In this document: positions 19,435 to 29,565 of the stretch, piece after piece
How the letters are laid out: each line of letters starts with the position of its first letter
How positions within the stretch are numbered: position 1 is the stretch's first letter
Notes under the pieces: model-generated
What the model saw: the letters and a program-made list of their open reading frames with translations, nothing else
What the model was told of the DNA's origin: nothing
Databases searched by the model: none
Program-made: the position numbers and the translations under genes
Origin: Myxococcota bacterium
GTDB taxonomy: Bacteria; Myxococcota_A; UBA796; GCA-2862545
Reading direction: 5' to 3'
Assembly (NCBI GenBank): GCA_039208735.1
Contig: JBCCQY010000005.1
Location: 57,744 to 121,743 of the forward strand
Length of the DNA stretch: 64,000 nucleotides

Positions 19435-20966
19435 GGCGTGGCGGTGCCGTTGAAGTAGGGCAAGAGGAAGTGGTAGCCGGCCGCACCGACCACCCGACCA
19501 ATGTCCTGACCCGCGGGAATCGAGTCCGCGAAGTGCACCCCGCCCCAGAACCGGGTCAGGCCGCACTCGTCTCGCAGATCATCCCACGTCTGGTAGGTCA
19601 GGGTCACGTCGTGGGGCGGGCTGTTGGGCTCGACAAACGAGCTACCCGTCAACTTGGTAATGCTCCAGTCGAGCGTGTTGCCCGTGGGGTTGAGCGGCGA
19701 ATTGCGCGCTCCAAGGTACAACTTCGCGGCTTCGGCGTGGGCCGCGCAGAAGCTTGCTGTGGCCGAGGGATACTCGGGGTGGTTGGCCACGTTGAGGTAG
19801 GACCGCCATTCGGCACCGGTGATGTCATGCACGGTGCCCTGGCCAGGCCCGCCCCAAGCGGTCAGCTGGGTGTTCTCGTAGAGGAGCTCGATCGCACTGA
19901 ACGGGCGAACGGCGTCAAAACGTCGCTTCTCCTTCCAAATCACGATGGCGGTGTCGAACGCGGCCGCATTCACCAGAAAGTCCACCTCGAGGAACTCCTG
20001 GAGGGTGAGCTGCTGCTGGAAGGACGCCACGGCGATCGACAGCCCAAGGCTGTTGATCTTGTCCTCGAAGACTTCGGCGGCCATCTTCTGCTCGAGGGTC
20101 AGGTTGGCCGACGCATCGATGACCTCGTCGGCCTGGTCGATGTAGCGCCTACGGGGGTTGCCGTTGGGAGCCACCGCGAAGCTCCGGCCTGGGCGAGGGG
20201 CCCGAAGGTTGGGGTGCGCAGTAAGGAAGGGATCGGTGATTTCCATTTGCGGCGTGACGAAGCTCTGAACCGAAAACAGGCCATTGCCCGCTGTCACGAT
20301 GGCCGGCTGCCAACGTCGTGGATCGCGAAGTCGGGTGGCTCGGTTGAAGGGCCGGTAGTTTGTGTAGTCCGCGTAGGGCTGGCGGTTGTAGATGGCGCCA
20401 TTTTCGTCGCCGAGCTGATTCATGCCGTCCTGCAGACGGGCGTTCATGACGGCTTGGCCCGCGGCCGTACCGATGCTCATGGCCATCTGCTCGGCCGGGT
20501 CGTGCTCGTCGACATGCAGCGCGGCAATCATCGCATCCCAGTCATCCGCGAACTGGGGAATCAGGCTGTCCACGACGGGCTTGCTCGCGTAGACCAACGC
20601 AATGTCACAATTCCGGGAGGTCTGCTCGGCCACCGGGCGGCGAGTCGTGTTGTAGATCAGCCCGATGGCATTGTCGTCGTAGGGCGCGCAGGCGTCATAC
20701 CAGGCGTTCGTAATCGTGGCCGTCAGGCGAAGCACCAAGGTCGCATCGCCGGGATTTACGACGTTGAGCATCCGCGTGCCGACAACGGGAATCACCAACG
20801 TGAAAGGGGTTGTATTCTGTAAAATCGGTTCACCGGGCTGGATGGAGTCCGGTGCGGGGATGGGGGCAAGCTCTGGAGATTGTGCTAATGCCGCCGGGGA
20901 AATCGACAGGAAGCCGGCAATCGCAAGCCCTGCCACCCAGCGAGACCGGGCCAAGGTAGTGAACAT
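19431..20966 (-). CDS. Secreted vanadium-dependent haloperoxidase-like protein
   Basis: Signal peptide; KRRFDAVRP, HPEYPSATA and RFWGGVHF vanadate-binding motifs. RBS GGAGAG. Confidence 0.8.
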   Translation of the reverse strand: MFTTLARSRWVAGLAIAGFLSISPAALAQSPELAPIPAPDSIQPGEPILQNTTPFTLVIPVVGTRMLNVVNPGDATLVLRLTATITNAWYDACAPYDDNAIGLIYNTTRRPVAEQTSRNCDIALVYASKPVVDSLIPQFADDWDAMIAALHVDEHDPAEQMAMSIGTAAGQAVMNARLQDGMNQLGDENGAIYNRQPYADYTNYRPFNRATRLRDPRRWQPAIVTAGNGLFSVQSFVTPQMEITDPFLTAHPNLRAPRPGRSFAVAPNGNPRRRYIDQADEVIDASANLTLEQKMAAEVFEDKINSLGLSIAVASFQQQLTLQEFLEVDFLVNAAAFDTAIVIWKEKRRFDAVRPFSAIELLYENTQLTAWGGPGQGTVHDITGAEWRSYLNVANHPEYPSATASFCAAHAEAAKLYLGARNSPLNPTGNTLDWSITKLTGSSFVEPNSPPHDVTLTYQTWDDLRDECGLTRFWGGVHFADSIPAGQDIGRVVGAAGYHFLLPYFNGTATP

Positions 20967-21080
20967 GTGCTCTCCAAGACCAGACGGCGCCGAAGCGCTG
21001 GCCGTCAAGAGTTGACGGCAAGGCCAAGGTAGGGCGTGGCTGGGAGGCTGTCGATAATGGCTGCTTTCCATTACTGTAAA

Positions 21081-21230
21081 TCAGCTGTTGGGGGACTTTC
21101 CAATGCCTCCCAGGCCCGTCGAGGTCAGACGCGGGCGCCCCGCATCGACGGCCCCACGGACGACCGTGATCTCAGCTGTACGCCCGACGAAGGAGCTGCC
21201 GGATGAGGGAACGGGGGACGAGGAGCGCAT
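21081..21230 (-). pseudogene. Relic N-terminus of an NB-ARC-like ATPase regulator
   Basis: PSSGSSFVGRTAEI..VRGAVDAGRPRLTSTGLGGIGKS followed by a stop three codons later. Same motif as the gene at 47242. Confidence 0.6.
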
Positions 21231-21403
21231 GCGGACCGATATCGTTGTTGGATCGCGGGGTTGCACGCCGTCGAACCTGGGGGCGTCCTTCGCCCAGGCA
21301 GAACCTGGGCAACAAATAGTCAAGTGTCTACCCGCCTGCTCGAGCGCCGGCGGCTCGACTGCGGCGCCTGGTCACAGGTATTCTCCGCAGAGGAGGTCGC
21401 CGG

Positions 21404-22924
21404 ATGGAAAAGAAGGGGGCCCAACGGGACCAACTTCCCGAACTTCTCGAGCATCACGGTGGTTTGCGGGTCGGCGTTGCAGGAGACGTCAGCGCCCAAA
21501 CCGGGGTGCCCGAAGCGGATGTCTACGGGGTGGCGTCGTTCTACACGTTGCTCGCCCAGCCCGATGCGGGCGTACGGGTCTGCCAGGGGCTGTCCTGTCA
21601 GCTGGCGGGGACCGAGGCGCGCGCACAGGAGCTGGCGGCAGTCGGGACGCCCTTTACGAAGGTGAGCTGTCTTGGGCAGTGCGACCGGGCTCCCGTGGCC
21701 TTGGATCCCACCCTCGAGCTCCTGGCGTGGGGCGGGGCCGGAACCGTGACGTCTGCCAATTCGGACCTGCCCATGAACCTCGCGGGGGCGGACGACGCCT
21801 CCTACTCCGCCTTGAAGCAGGCGCGAGAACGCGGGGCCGAGGCGCTGCTCGCCGAGCTGAAGGCGAGCGGCCTGCAGGGGCGAGGCGGCGCCGGGTTTCC
21901 GGCCCACATCAAGTGGCAGGCCGTGCGCAACGAGCGGGAACTCGAGCGTTTTGTCGTGGTCAACGCCGATGAAAGCGAACCGGGCACCTTCAAGGACCGG
22001 GAGCTTCTGCTGCGGCGGCCGCACCTGGTGCTTGAGGGGGCGGCGATCGCCGCTTGGTTCGCCAAGGCATCGGTCGTCTACCTCTACCTGCGAGGAGAGT
22101 TCACCGACTGTCGGCGTCGCCTGGAGACGGCGGTGGCCGAGGCGCAACCCCATCTTGGGGACCTCGAGATTCGGCTTTCGTTGGGGCACGGTGCCTATAT
22201 CTGTGGCGAAGAAACGGCGTTACTCGAGGCGATTGAAGGCAAGCGAGGCATGCCGCGGCACAAGCCTCCGTTCCCGACCCAGCGAGGGCTCTTTGGCAAA
22301 CCCACGTTGATGAACAACGTGGAGACATTGGCGTGTGTGCCCAGCATCGTGAAGCGAGGTGGAGACTGGTTCCGCGCGCAGGGTCGCACCGAGGCCGGCA
22401 CCAAACTGTATTGCATCTCGGGCCATGTGGAGCGACCGGGGGTGTACGAGCTGCCGCTCGGAGTGACGCTCGATGAACTGGTGCAGGCCGCGGGTGGCTA
22501 CGTGGGCACGCCAAAGGCGTTTTCGCCGGGCGGGGCCGCCTCGGGGTTTCTGCCCATCACGAAACGTGATGTACCGCTTGACATGGGCCATCTCAAAGCC
22601 GAAGGATCCATGCTCGGAAGTGCCGGGGTGGTGGTCCTGAACGACACGGTCGACATGGCCCAAGCTGCGCTCTGGCAACAGATCTTCTTTGAAGACGAGA
22701 CCTGCGGCCAATGTGCCCCGTGTCGCATCGGGTGTTCCCTTCAGCGGCAGGCCCTCGAGGGCTACGTAGGCGACCGTTCCGTGCCCAGCCGGCTCGATGC
22801 GGTCGAAGACGTCCACTGGGAGATGGAGGAAGGATCGATTTGCGGCCTCGGGGTCACGGCGAGCCTGCCGCTGGTCACAGCGATGCGCCATTTCCCTGAG
22901 GATTTTGGCCGATCTGAACCGTAA
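21404..22924 (+). CDS. NuoE-NuoF-like fused diaphorase subunit (NAD-linked formate dehydrogenase gamma/beta type)
   Basis: VYGVASFY; 2Fe-2S ligands CQGLSC and [32 protein letters not shown]; 4Fe-4[10 protein letters not shown]...ICGLG. RBS GAGGAGG. Confidence 0.88.
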   Translation: MEKKGAQRDQLPELLEHHGGLRVGVAGDVSAQTGVPEADVYGVASFYTLLAQPDAGVRVCQGLSCQLAGTEARAQELAAVGTPFTKVSCLGQCDRAPVALDPTLELLAWGGAGTVTSANSDLPMNLAGADDASYSALKQARERGAEALLAELKASGLQGRGGAGFPAHIKWQAVRNERELERFVVVNADESEPGTFKDRELLLRRPHLVLEGAAIAAWFAKASVVYLYLRGEFTDCRRRLETAVAEAQPHLGDLEIRLSLGHGAYICGEETALLEAIEGKRGMPRHKPPFPTQRGLFGKPTLMNNVETLACVPSIVKRGGDWFRAQGRTEAGTKLYCISGHVERPGVYELPLGVTLDELVQAAGGYVGTPKAFSPGGAASGFLPITKRDVPLDMGHLKAEGSMLGSAGVVVLNDTVDMAQAALWQQIFFEDETCGQCAPCRIGCSLQRQALEGYVGDRSVPSRLDAVEDVHWEMEEGSICGLGVTASLPLVTAMRHFPEDFGRSEP

Positions 22925-23729
22925 ATCCGCCTTCCACACGAAGATAGAAGGAACAGTCCTCCGACGAGCGACACGACACATGGTGCAGGGATGGACCTTT
23001 CGAATGGAAGGTGCTGCCAAGCTCCAAGCCGATGGCTTCAACCTCGCCCAGGACGGGCTGCCCTTGCAGAACCACGGCTCGAAACGCAGGACCGTCGGTC
23101 AGGATCGAGCCCTCGAACCCTGCGGGAAATCGAAGCAGCGACCCGCTCGGATGTTCGTCTTCGGGTTGCCCCCACAGGTACGCCACCTTTGGCATTGGGC
23201 CCATTGCGGTGCGATCGAGGGCGCTCAACCACACGAGGTTGGACCGGTCTACGTTGATCGGCACCTCTTCGGTCGAGAAGGCGGCCTCCACGGGCTTGAC
23301 GAGGTAAGGCCCCTCGTCGATCTCGATGTAAGCCAGCACATCGGCCCCCTTGGCGGAAGTGATGTGGACCTGGCCCTTCGGTTGCGTCCAAAAGGACCCT
23401 GCGGGCATCCACTGCACCGCTGCGTCGGGGTCATCGTTGTGAAGCAGTCCGCGAAGGACGACGCCCCGGTACGTCACGTTGTGGATGTGGGGAGGGGACT
23501 CGAAGCCGTCGACGGGCTTGAGCAGAAACCCCGTCGCCTCAGTGCCATTTCGATCGCCCCAAAGGGTGCCCGCCATCGGGCTTTGGTCGCCGCGGGCGGG
23601 ATTGAGGGCTTCCCACTGGACGTCCGACGAAAGCAACACCGTCGCTTCGGTGCTTCGGGCATACGGCGTCGGTAGCGCGGATGTCTTGGAACATCCCACG
23701 GCAAGCGACGAAGCCAGGAGCGCGCTCAT
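22875..23729 (-). CDS. DUF4437-like double-cupin lipoprotein
   Basis: [45 protein letters not shown] and GPYLV; lipobox LAVGC. Start uncertain; overlaps the 3' end of the nuoEF-like gene. Confidence 0.75.
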   Translation of the reverse strand: MSALLASSLAVGCSKTSALPTPYARSTEATVLLSSDVQWEALNPARGDQSPMAGTLWGDRNGTEATGFLLKPVDGFESPPHIHNVTYRGVVLRGLLHNDDPDAAVQWMPAGSFWTQPKGQVHITSAKGADVLAYIEIDEGPYLVKPVEAAFSTEEVPINVDRSNLVWLSALDRTAMGPMPKVAYLWGQPEDEHPSGSLLRFPAGFEGSILTDGPAFRAVVLQGQPVLGEVEAIGLELGSTFHSKGPSLHHVSCRSSEDCSFYLRVEGGFTVQIGQNPQGNGASL

Positions 23730-23815
23730 GAGCAACCCGGGACTGGATCGCCCCCACAATTCCCGGATGATAAATGGCTGTGAAGCTCGAATGTCTATGC
23801 TTTGAATACACTCAG

Positions 23816-23830
23816 TATACACTTTGTATA
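23816..23830. promoter_or_regulatory. AT-rich palindrome in a divergent promoter region (possible operator)
   Basis: TATACA-CTT-TGTATA between the divergent DUF4437-like and fasciclin genes. Confidence 0.35.
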
Positions 23831-23906
23831 GCCTTCGCCTTTCAGAACTTGGTCAGAATTGGCACTCCCCTCTTGAGCGTCGAGATTGGCGCGACGGGAG
23901 GACGGA

Positions 23907-26708
23907 ATGACTCGAGCCCTTCAAGTAGTCTTCTTCGTGACAGGCTTACTCGCCTGTTCGGGCGATGACGAGATGCCCGAAGATACGGGAATGCCTGACA
24001 TGGAGACCGAGACGGATACTGGTGATCCGCCCCCTCCGCCTCCGCCCCCGCAGAACATCGTGGAACTCGCGCAGGACAATGATGCGCTGTCGACGCTCGT
24101 GAGCCTGCTCGAGCGGGTGGACCTCGATGACACGTTGTCCGGCGAAGGCCCCTTCACGGTGTTCGCGCCAGTCAACAGTGCGTTCATGGGCATTGACCCA
24201 TCGATGCTCTCGGATGAAGAACTCACCGAAATCCTGTCTTACCATGTGGTTTCAGGCGAAGTGGACTCGGCGTCGATTCCCGAGCGGGCCACGTCGGAAG
24301 CCACCTTTACCTTGTTCTTCGATACCGATGGTGGGGTCCGGGTCAACGATGCGAATGTGACCGAAGCGGACATCGATGCCACCAACGGCATCGTGCACGT
24401 GATCGACAGCGTTCTCATGCCGCCCAACATTGTTGAAGCGGCCGGATTTGCTGGTTTGACCGAACTCACCGCAGCGGTGGGGGCCGCCGATCCGCTGGTC
24501 GCGGCTACGCTTTCGGCACCGGGCAACCTTACGGTCTTCGCCCCGACCGATACGGCGTTCCAGGGCATCACCGCCCCGAGCGACCCCGAAGACCTCGCCG
24601 AGATCCTCACCTACCACGTGCTGCCCACCGCGGTGAATTCGACGGAGATTCCCGCACTGGCCACGAGCTTCGCGGGCTTCACGCTGTTCTTCGACACCTC
24701 GGCCGGCGTGATGGTGAATGACGCCACCGTCGTGGTCGCCGATGTTCAGACCACGAACGGCGTGGTGCACGTCATTGACCAGGTGTTGCTGCCGCCCGAC
24801 ATCCTAACCGCAGCTGGGTTTGCGGGGCTCAACGAGCTTGCCACGGCGGTGGGAGCCGCCAACGCTTCGGTGGCCAACACGCTTTCGGGTCCGGGTCCGT
24901 TCACCGTCTTCGCGCCGACCGACATGGCGTTCCAGAACATCACCGCGCCCACGGATCCCGATGAACTGGCCGAGATCCTCTTCTACCACGCGCTCACCGA
25001 AGAGGTGGATTCCACCACGATTCCCGATCTCGCCGATAGCGCGGCGGGGTTCACGATGTTCTTCGACACCACGGCCGGGGTGATGGTCAACGACGCGACC
25101 GTGGTGGTCGCCGATGTTCGAACCACCAACGGCATCGTCCATGTCATCGACACCGTGCTCACGCCGCCGGACATCTTGGATGCGGCGGGTTTCGCAGGTC
25201 TGAACGAACTTGCCACCGCAGTGGGGGCTGCCGACCCGTCCGTGCTCAAGACGCTTGACGGCCGGGGCCCCTTCACGGTGTTCGCGCCCACCGATGCGGC
25301 GTTCCAGTCCATCAAGGCCCCGACCGATCCCGCGGCCCTCGCCGAGATCCTCTTCTACCACGCGCTGACGAGCGAAGTAGATTCCACGGCCATTCCCGAC
25401 ATTGCCGATAGCGCCGCTGGTTTCACGCTATTCTTCGACACCACGGCCGGCGTTCAGGTCAACCAGGCCAACGTGGTGATTGCCGACGTTCGCACCACGA
25501 ACGGCATCGTCCACGTCATCGATGACGTTCTGCTGCCCCCCGACATCGCAACGGCGGCGGGCTTCGCGGGACTCAACGAACTCGTCAATGCGGCTCTCGC
25601 GGCTGACCCCATCGTGCTCAAGACGCTGGCGGGACCGGGGCCCTTCACGGTGTTTGCGCCGACCGACGCGGCGTTCCAGAGCATCACCGCGCCCACCGAT
25701 CCCGCAGCTCTCGCGGAGATCCTCTTCTACCACGCGCTGACGAGCGAAGTGGATTCCACGGCCATTCCGGCCTTGGCCGATAGTGCGGCTGGTTTCACGT
25801 TGTTCTTCGATACGACGGCGGGTGTTCAGGTCAACCAGGCCAGCGTCGTGATTGCGGACGTGCGCACCACGAATGGCATCGTGCATGTCATCGATGACGT
25901 TTTGTTGCCGCCGGACATCGTTGAGGCTGCGGGATTCGCGGGCCTCAACGAGCTTGCTGCCGCGGTGGGCGCAGCGGACGCCTCGGTGGTCGCCGCCCTG
26001 CAGGGCCCGGGTCCGTTGACCGTGTTTGCCCCGACCGACACCGCCTTCCAGGCCATTACCGCGCCGACCGACCCCGGTGAACTCGCGGACATCCTCTTCT
26101 ACCACGCCTACCCGGGTAGCTTCGACGCCGCGTCGATCCCGGCCAAGGCCGATAGTGCATTCGCTAACGACTTCGGCATTCCGGTCAGCGCGCTGTTCGA
26201 CACCTCGAATGGGGTCGACATCAACAACGCCTCGGTCGTTGTCGCGGATGTCCGGACGACCAACGGCATTGTGCACGTGATCGACGAAGTCCTGCTTCCG
26301 CCTTCGATCCTCGATCTCGCGGGCATTGCGGGGCTCAACAGCTTGGCCGGGGCGCTCATGGCGGCGCCAGGCGACCTCGACGTGCTCCTGTCGGGCTCGG
26401 GTCCCTTCACGGTGTTCGCTCCGACCGACGACGCGTTTTCGGGGGCTCCGGCGGTGACGGGTCAGGACCTGACCGACGTTTTGCTCTTCCACGTCGTCGA
26501 CCTTGACATTGCGACGCCGGTGCTTGCCGCGGACCTCGTGGATGGCGAAGTCGACACGGCCCTGACCGAGACCAACGCCATCGACACCATCACCGTAGAT
26601 ACGGTGGCCGGTACGGTCGAAGGGGCGAATCTGGTGCTCACGGACGTCAATGGCACGAACGGCACGGTCCACGTCATCGACGCGGTCATGATTCCTCCGA
26701 GCTTCTAG
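23907..26708 (+). CDS. Fasciclin (FAS1) repeat lipoprotein with seven domains
   Basis: Lipobox LLAC; seven TVFAP...YH/FH...NGxVHVID units. RBS GGAGG. Confidence 0.92.
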   Translation: MTRALQVVFFVTGLLACSGDDEMPEDTGMPDMETETDTGDPPPPPPPPQNIVELAQDNDALSTLVSLLERVDLDDTLSGEGPFTVFAPVNSAFMGIDPSMLSDEELTEILSYHVVSGEVDSASIPERATSEATFTLFFDTDGGVRVNDANVTEADIDATNGIVHVIDSVLMPPNIVEAAGFAGLTELTAAVGAADPLVAATLSAPGNLTVFAPTDTAFQGITAPSDPEDLAEILTYHVLPTAVNSTEIPALATSFAGFTLFFDTSAGVMVNDATVVVADVQTTNGVVHVIDQVLLPPDILTAAGFAGLNELATAVGAANASVANTLSGPGPFTVFAPTDMAFQNITAPTDPDELAEILFYHALTEEVDSTTIPDLADSAAGFTMFFDTTAGVMVNDATVVVADVRTTNGIVHVIDTVLTPPDILDAAGFAGLNELATAVGAADPSVLKTLDGRGPFTVFAPTDAAFQSIKAPTDPAALAEILFYHALTSEVDSTAIPDIADSAAGFTLFFDTTAGVQVNQANVVIADVRTTNGIVHVIDDVLLPPDIATAAGFAGLNELVNAALAADPIVLKTLAGPGPFTVFAPTDAAFQSITAPTDPAALAEILFYHALTSEVDSTAIPALADSAAGFTLFFDTTAGVQVNQASVVIADVRTTNGIVHVIDDVLLPPDIVEAAGFAGLNELAAAVGAADASVVAALQGPGPLTVFAPTDTAFQAITAPTDPGELADILFYHAYPGSFDAASIPAKADSAFANDFGIPVSALFDTSNGVDINNASVVVADVRTTNGIVHVIDEVLLPPSILDLAGIAGLNSLAGALMAAPGDLDVLLSGSGPFTVFAPTDDAFSGAPAVTGQDLTDVLLFHVVDLDIATPVLAADLVDGEVDTALTETNAIDTITVDTVAGTVEGANLVLTDVNGTNGTVHVIDAVMIPPSF

Positions 26709-26782
26709 CCCGCCGCGCGTTGCGTGGCACGAGTCGTGAGGGGCGACCGCCCTGATCTATACTCCTCCGAGGAGTTGGGTCG

Positions 26783-29509
26783 ATGAAGAACACGATTCGC
26801 GTCCGCATCGATGGCGAAGAGGTGGAGGTTCCCGCTGGCTCCACGGTACTGACCGCGGCGGCGATGGCCGGCCGAGACGTACCGACACTCTGCCACGATC
26901 CGCGGGTGGACCCTATGGGGTCCTGTCGCATGTGCCTGGTCGAGATCGAGGGCCAGCGCCGACTGCAGCCGAGCTGTCGGTTCGAGGCGACCCCTGACAT
27001 GGTCGTCCACACGAGCAGTGAGCGGGTTCAGCGGCATCGCCAGATGCTGCTTTCGTTCTACCTCGCGGACCATGAACTCGATGCCGATGGCCTGCCGAAA
27101 GAGCGCGGTACCGGCAATCGACTGCGCGAGCACGTGATGGAGCACGGGACCGCAGGGCCGCTTCCCTCCATCGCCGCGCCACGGGGCTACCGCGAAGACG
27201 CGAACCCCTACATCCATTTCGACCCCGAAGCCTGCGTGCTGTGCAACCTATGCGTGCGCTACTGCGACGAGATCGAGGCCGTCTCGGCGATCACCTTGGC
27301 CCATCGGGGGGCGGAAACCACCATCGCCACGGCCGATCAGCGCAGCCTTCTCGACACGAGCTGCGAGATGTGCGGCGGGTGCATCGCGGTGTGCCCCACC
27401 GGGGCGATGACCGAAAAGCCGAGCCTCGCATCCGATTGGCGAGAGGAGACGCAGGTGCGAACCACCTGCAACTTCTGTGGGGTAGGCTGCCAGCTCGATC
27501 TTCACGTCAAAGACGACCGCATCGTCCGGATCACCTCCCCAGATCCCGGTGAAACCGTCAACGACGGCAACACGTGCATCAAGGGGCGGTTCGCCTACGA
27601 GTTCGTGCACCACGATGAGCGACTTACCCAGCCACTGGTGAGGGGCGCCGACGGGGAGCTTCGGCCGACCACCTGGGCGCACGCGCTCGAGACCGCAGCC
27701 AAGGGGCTCCTTGGCGTCAAGGAGCGCCACGGGGCCGATGCGCTCGGCTTCATCAGCAGCAGCCGTTGCACCGGTGAAGAGAACTACCTGATGCAGAAGC
27801 TCGCCCGAGCGGCCTTCGGCACCAACAACTGTCACCAGTGTGCAGCTACGTGACACGCGCCGACGGTCGCCGGTCTGGTGACCATGTTTGGCGCGGGTGC
27901 GATGACGAACTCGATCCCCGAAATTCGGGACACCGAGTTGATGTTCGTGATCGGTTCGAACACCACCGAGGCCCATCCCGTCATCGCGATGGAGATGAAA
28001 CGAGCCGCGCGGAATGGCGCGAAGCTCATCGTGGCTGACCCTCGGAAGATCTGGCTGTCCGAGATTGCCGATCTGCACCTGCAGTTGAAGCCGGGGACCG
28101 ATGTGGCCCTGCTTTCGGCCATGGGCCACGTGATCTTGGACGAAGGACTCGTCGATCAGGGCTTCATCGATGCGCACACCGAGAACCTAAGTGCAGTCGT
28201 CGAAGCCTACCGCGAGACCACCCCCGAGTGGGCCGAGGCCATCACGGGAGTGCCGGCCGACGACATTCGCACGGCAGCGCGGATGTACGCCACGACCGAA
28301 CGCGCCGGCATTTACTACACCTTGGGCATCACCGAGCACACCCACGGTACCGACAACGTTTACGGACTTGCGAACCTCGTGCTCATGACCGGTCACTTAG
28401 GCAAACCGTCGGCCGGGATGAACCCGCTGCGGGGCCAGAACAACGTGCAAGGCGCGAACGATGCCGGGGCGAGCCCCGTGTTCTACCCGGGCTACCAGCG
28501 GGTGACTGACGGTGCCGCCCGGGCCAAGTTCGAGGCTGCTTGGGGGGTGCCGCTATCTCCCGATGAAGGCCTCAACCTGAACGTGATGATGAAGGCGATG
28601 GCCCACGGGTCGATCAAAGGCCTCTACGTGGTGGGCGAAGACATCGTGTTGTCGGAACCCAACGCCGAGAAGGTGGAGCGCGGGCTCAACCAGTGTGAGT
28701 TCGTCGTCCTCCAAGACATCTTCCTCAACGAAACCGCACGATTCGCCGACGTCATCCTTCCTGCGGCGTGTTTTGCGGAAAAGGACGGAGTGTTCACCAA
28801 CTCCGACCGCCGGGTCCAGCGGGTTCGCAAGGCGGTGTCGCCCCCCGGCGAAGCCCGTGCGGACTGGGAAATCTTGTGTGATCTGGCGCGGGCGGTGGGC
28901 TACCCGATGCCGCACTATCCAGGCCCAGCCGAGGTTTACACCGAGATGGCGTCGCTCTCCGACAAGTTTTCGGGCATCAGCCACGCCCGGCTTGAGGTCG
29001 ACACCCAAGGCTTGCAGTGGCCGTGTCCCACCGCGGACCACCCCGGCACGCCCACCCTTCATGGCGACGGTCCCATCAAGGGCAAGGCAAGCTTCCAGCC
29101 CATCGCCTACCGGCCGAGTGACGAGTTGCCGGATGAGACCTACCCGTTGCTGTTGTCGACGGGTCGCACGCTGTACCACTACAACGCGGGCACGCAGACC
29201 CGGCGGGCGAGCGGTCCTATGGCGAAGCAACGCGAGAACTTCATCGAGATGCATCGCAAGGACGCGGCGACACGCGGTTTGCGCGATGGCGATCGGGTGA
29301 GGGTGACGTCGCGTCGCGGCGAGGTGGAGGCGGTGGTTTGGGTAAGCCCGCGCATGCGGCGAGGTTGTGTCTGGATGCCCCTGCACTTCCCGGAGTCGCT
29401 CACCAACCGACTCACGAACGACGCTGGAGACACCATCACAGGCACCGGTGAGTACAAGGTGTGCGCGGTTCGCGTCATGCCGGCCACGCAAGGCGCGGCT
29501 GCGAAGTAG
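26783..29509 (+). CDS. fdhF: Selenocysteine-containing formate dehydrogenase alpha subunit
   Basis: N-terminal 2Fe-2S and 2x4Fe-4S domains, TTCNFCGVGC. TGA 27851-27853 reads CAAT-U-HAPTVAGL and joins in frame to 27878..29509 (PLRGQNNVQG, molybdopterin-binding tail). Confidence 0.93.
27856..27895 (+). promoter_or_regulatory. SECIS element of fdhF
   Basis: CGCGCCGA/TTGGCGCG lower stem and GGTCGCC [GGTCT] GGTGACC upper stem. The loop begins after 18 nt downstream of the TGA, in the same register as the E. coli fdhF SECIS. Confidence 0.85.
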
Positions 29510-29520
29510 CACCTCGACGG

Positions 29521-29548
29521 AGGGCCGTGGCATGATTGCGGCCCTTTT
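29521..29548 (+). terminator. Hairpin plus short T run between fdhF and fhs
   Basis: AGGGCCGTGG-CATGA-TTGCGGCCCT then TTT, just before the fhs RBS. Confidence 0.4.
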
Positions 29549-29565
29549 GCCAGGAGGTTGCCTTG

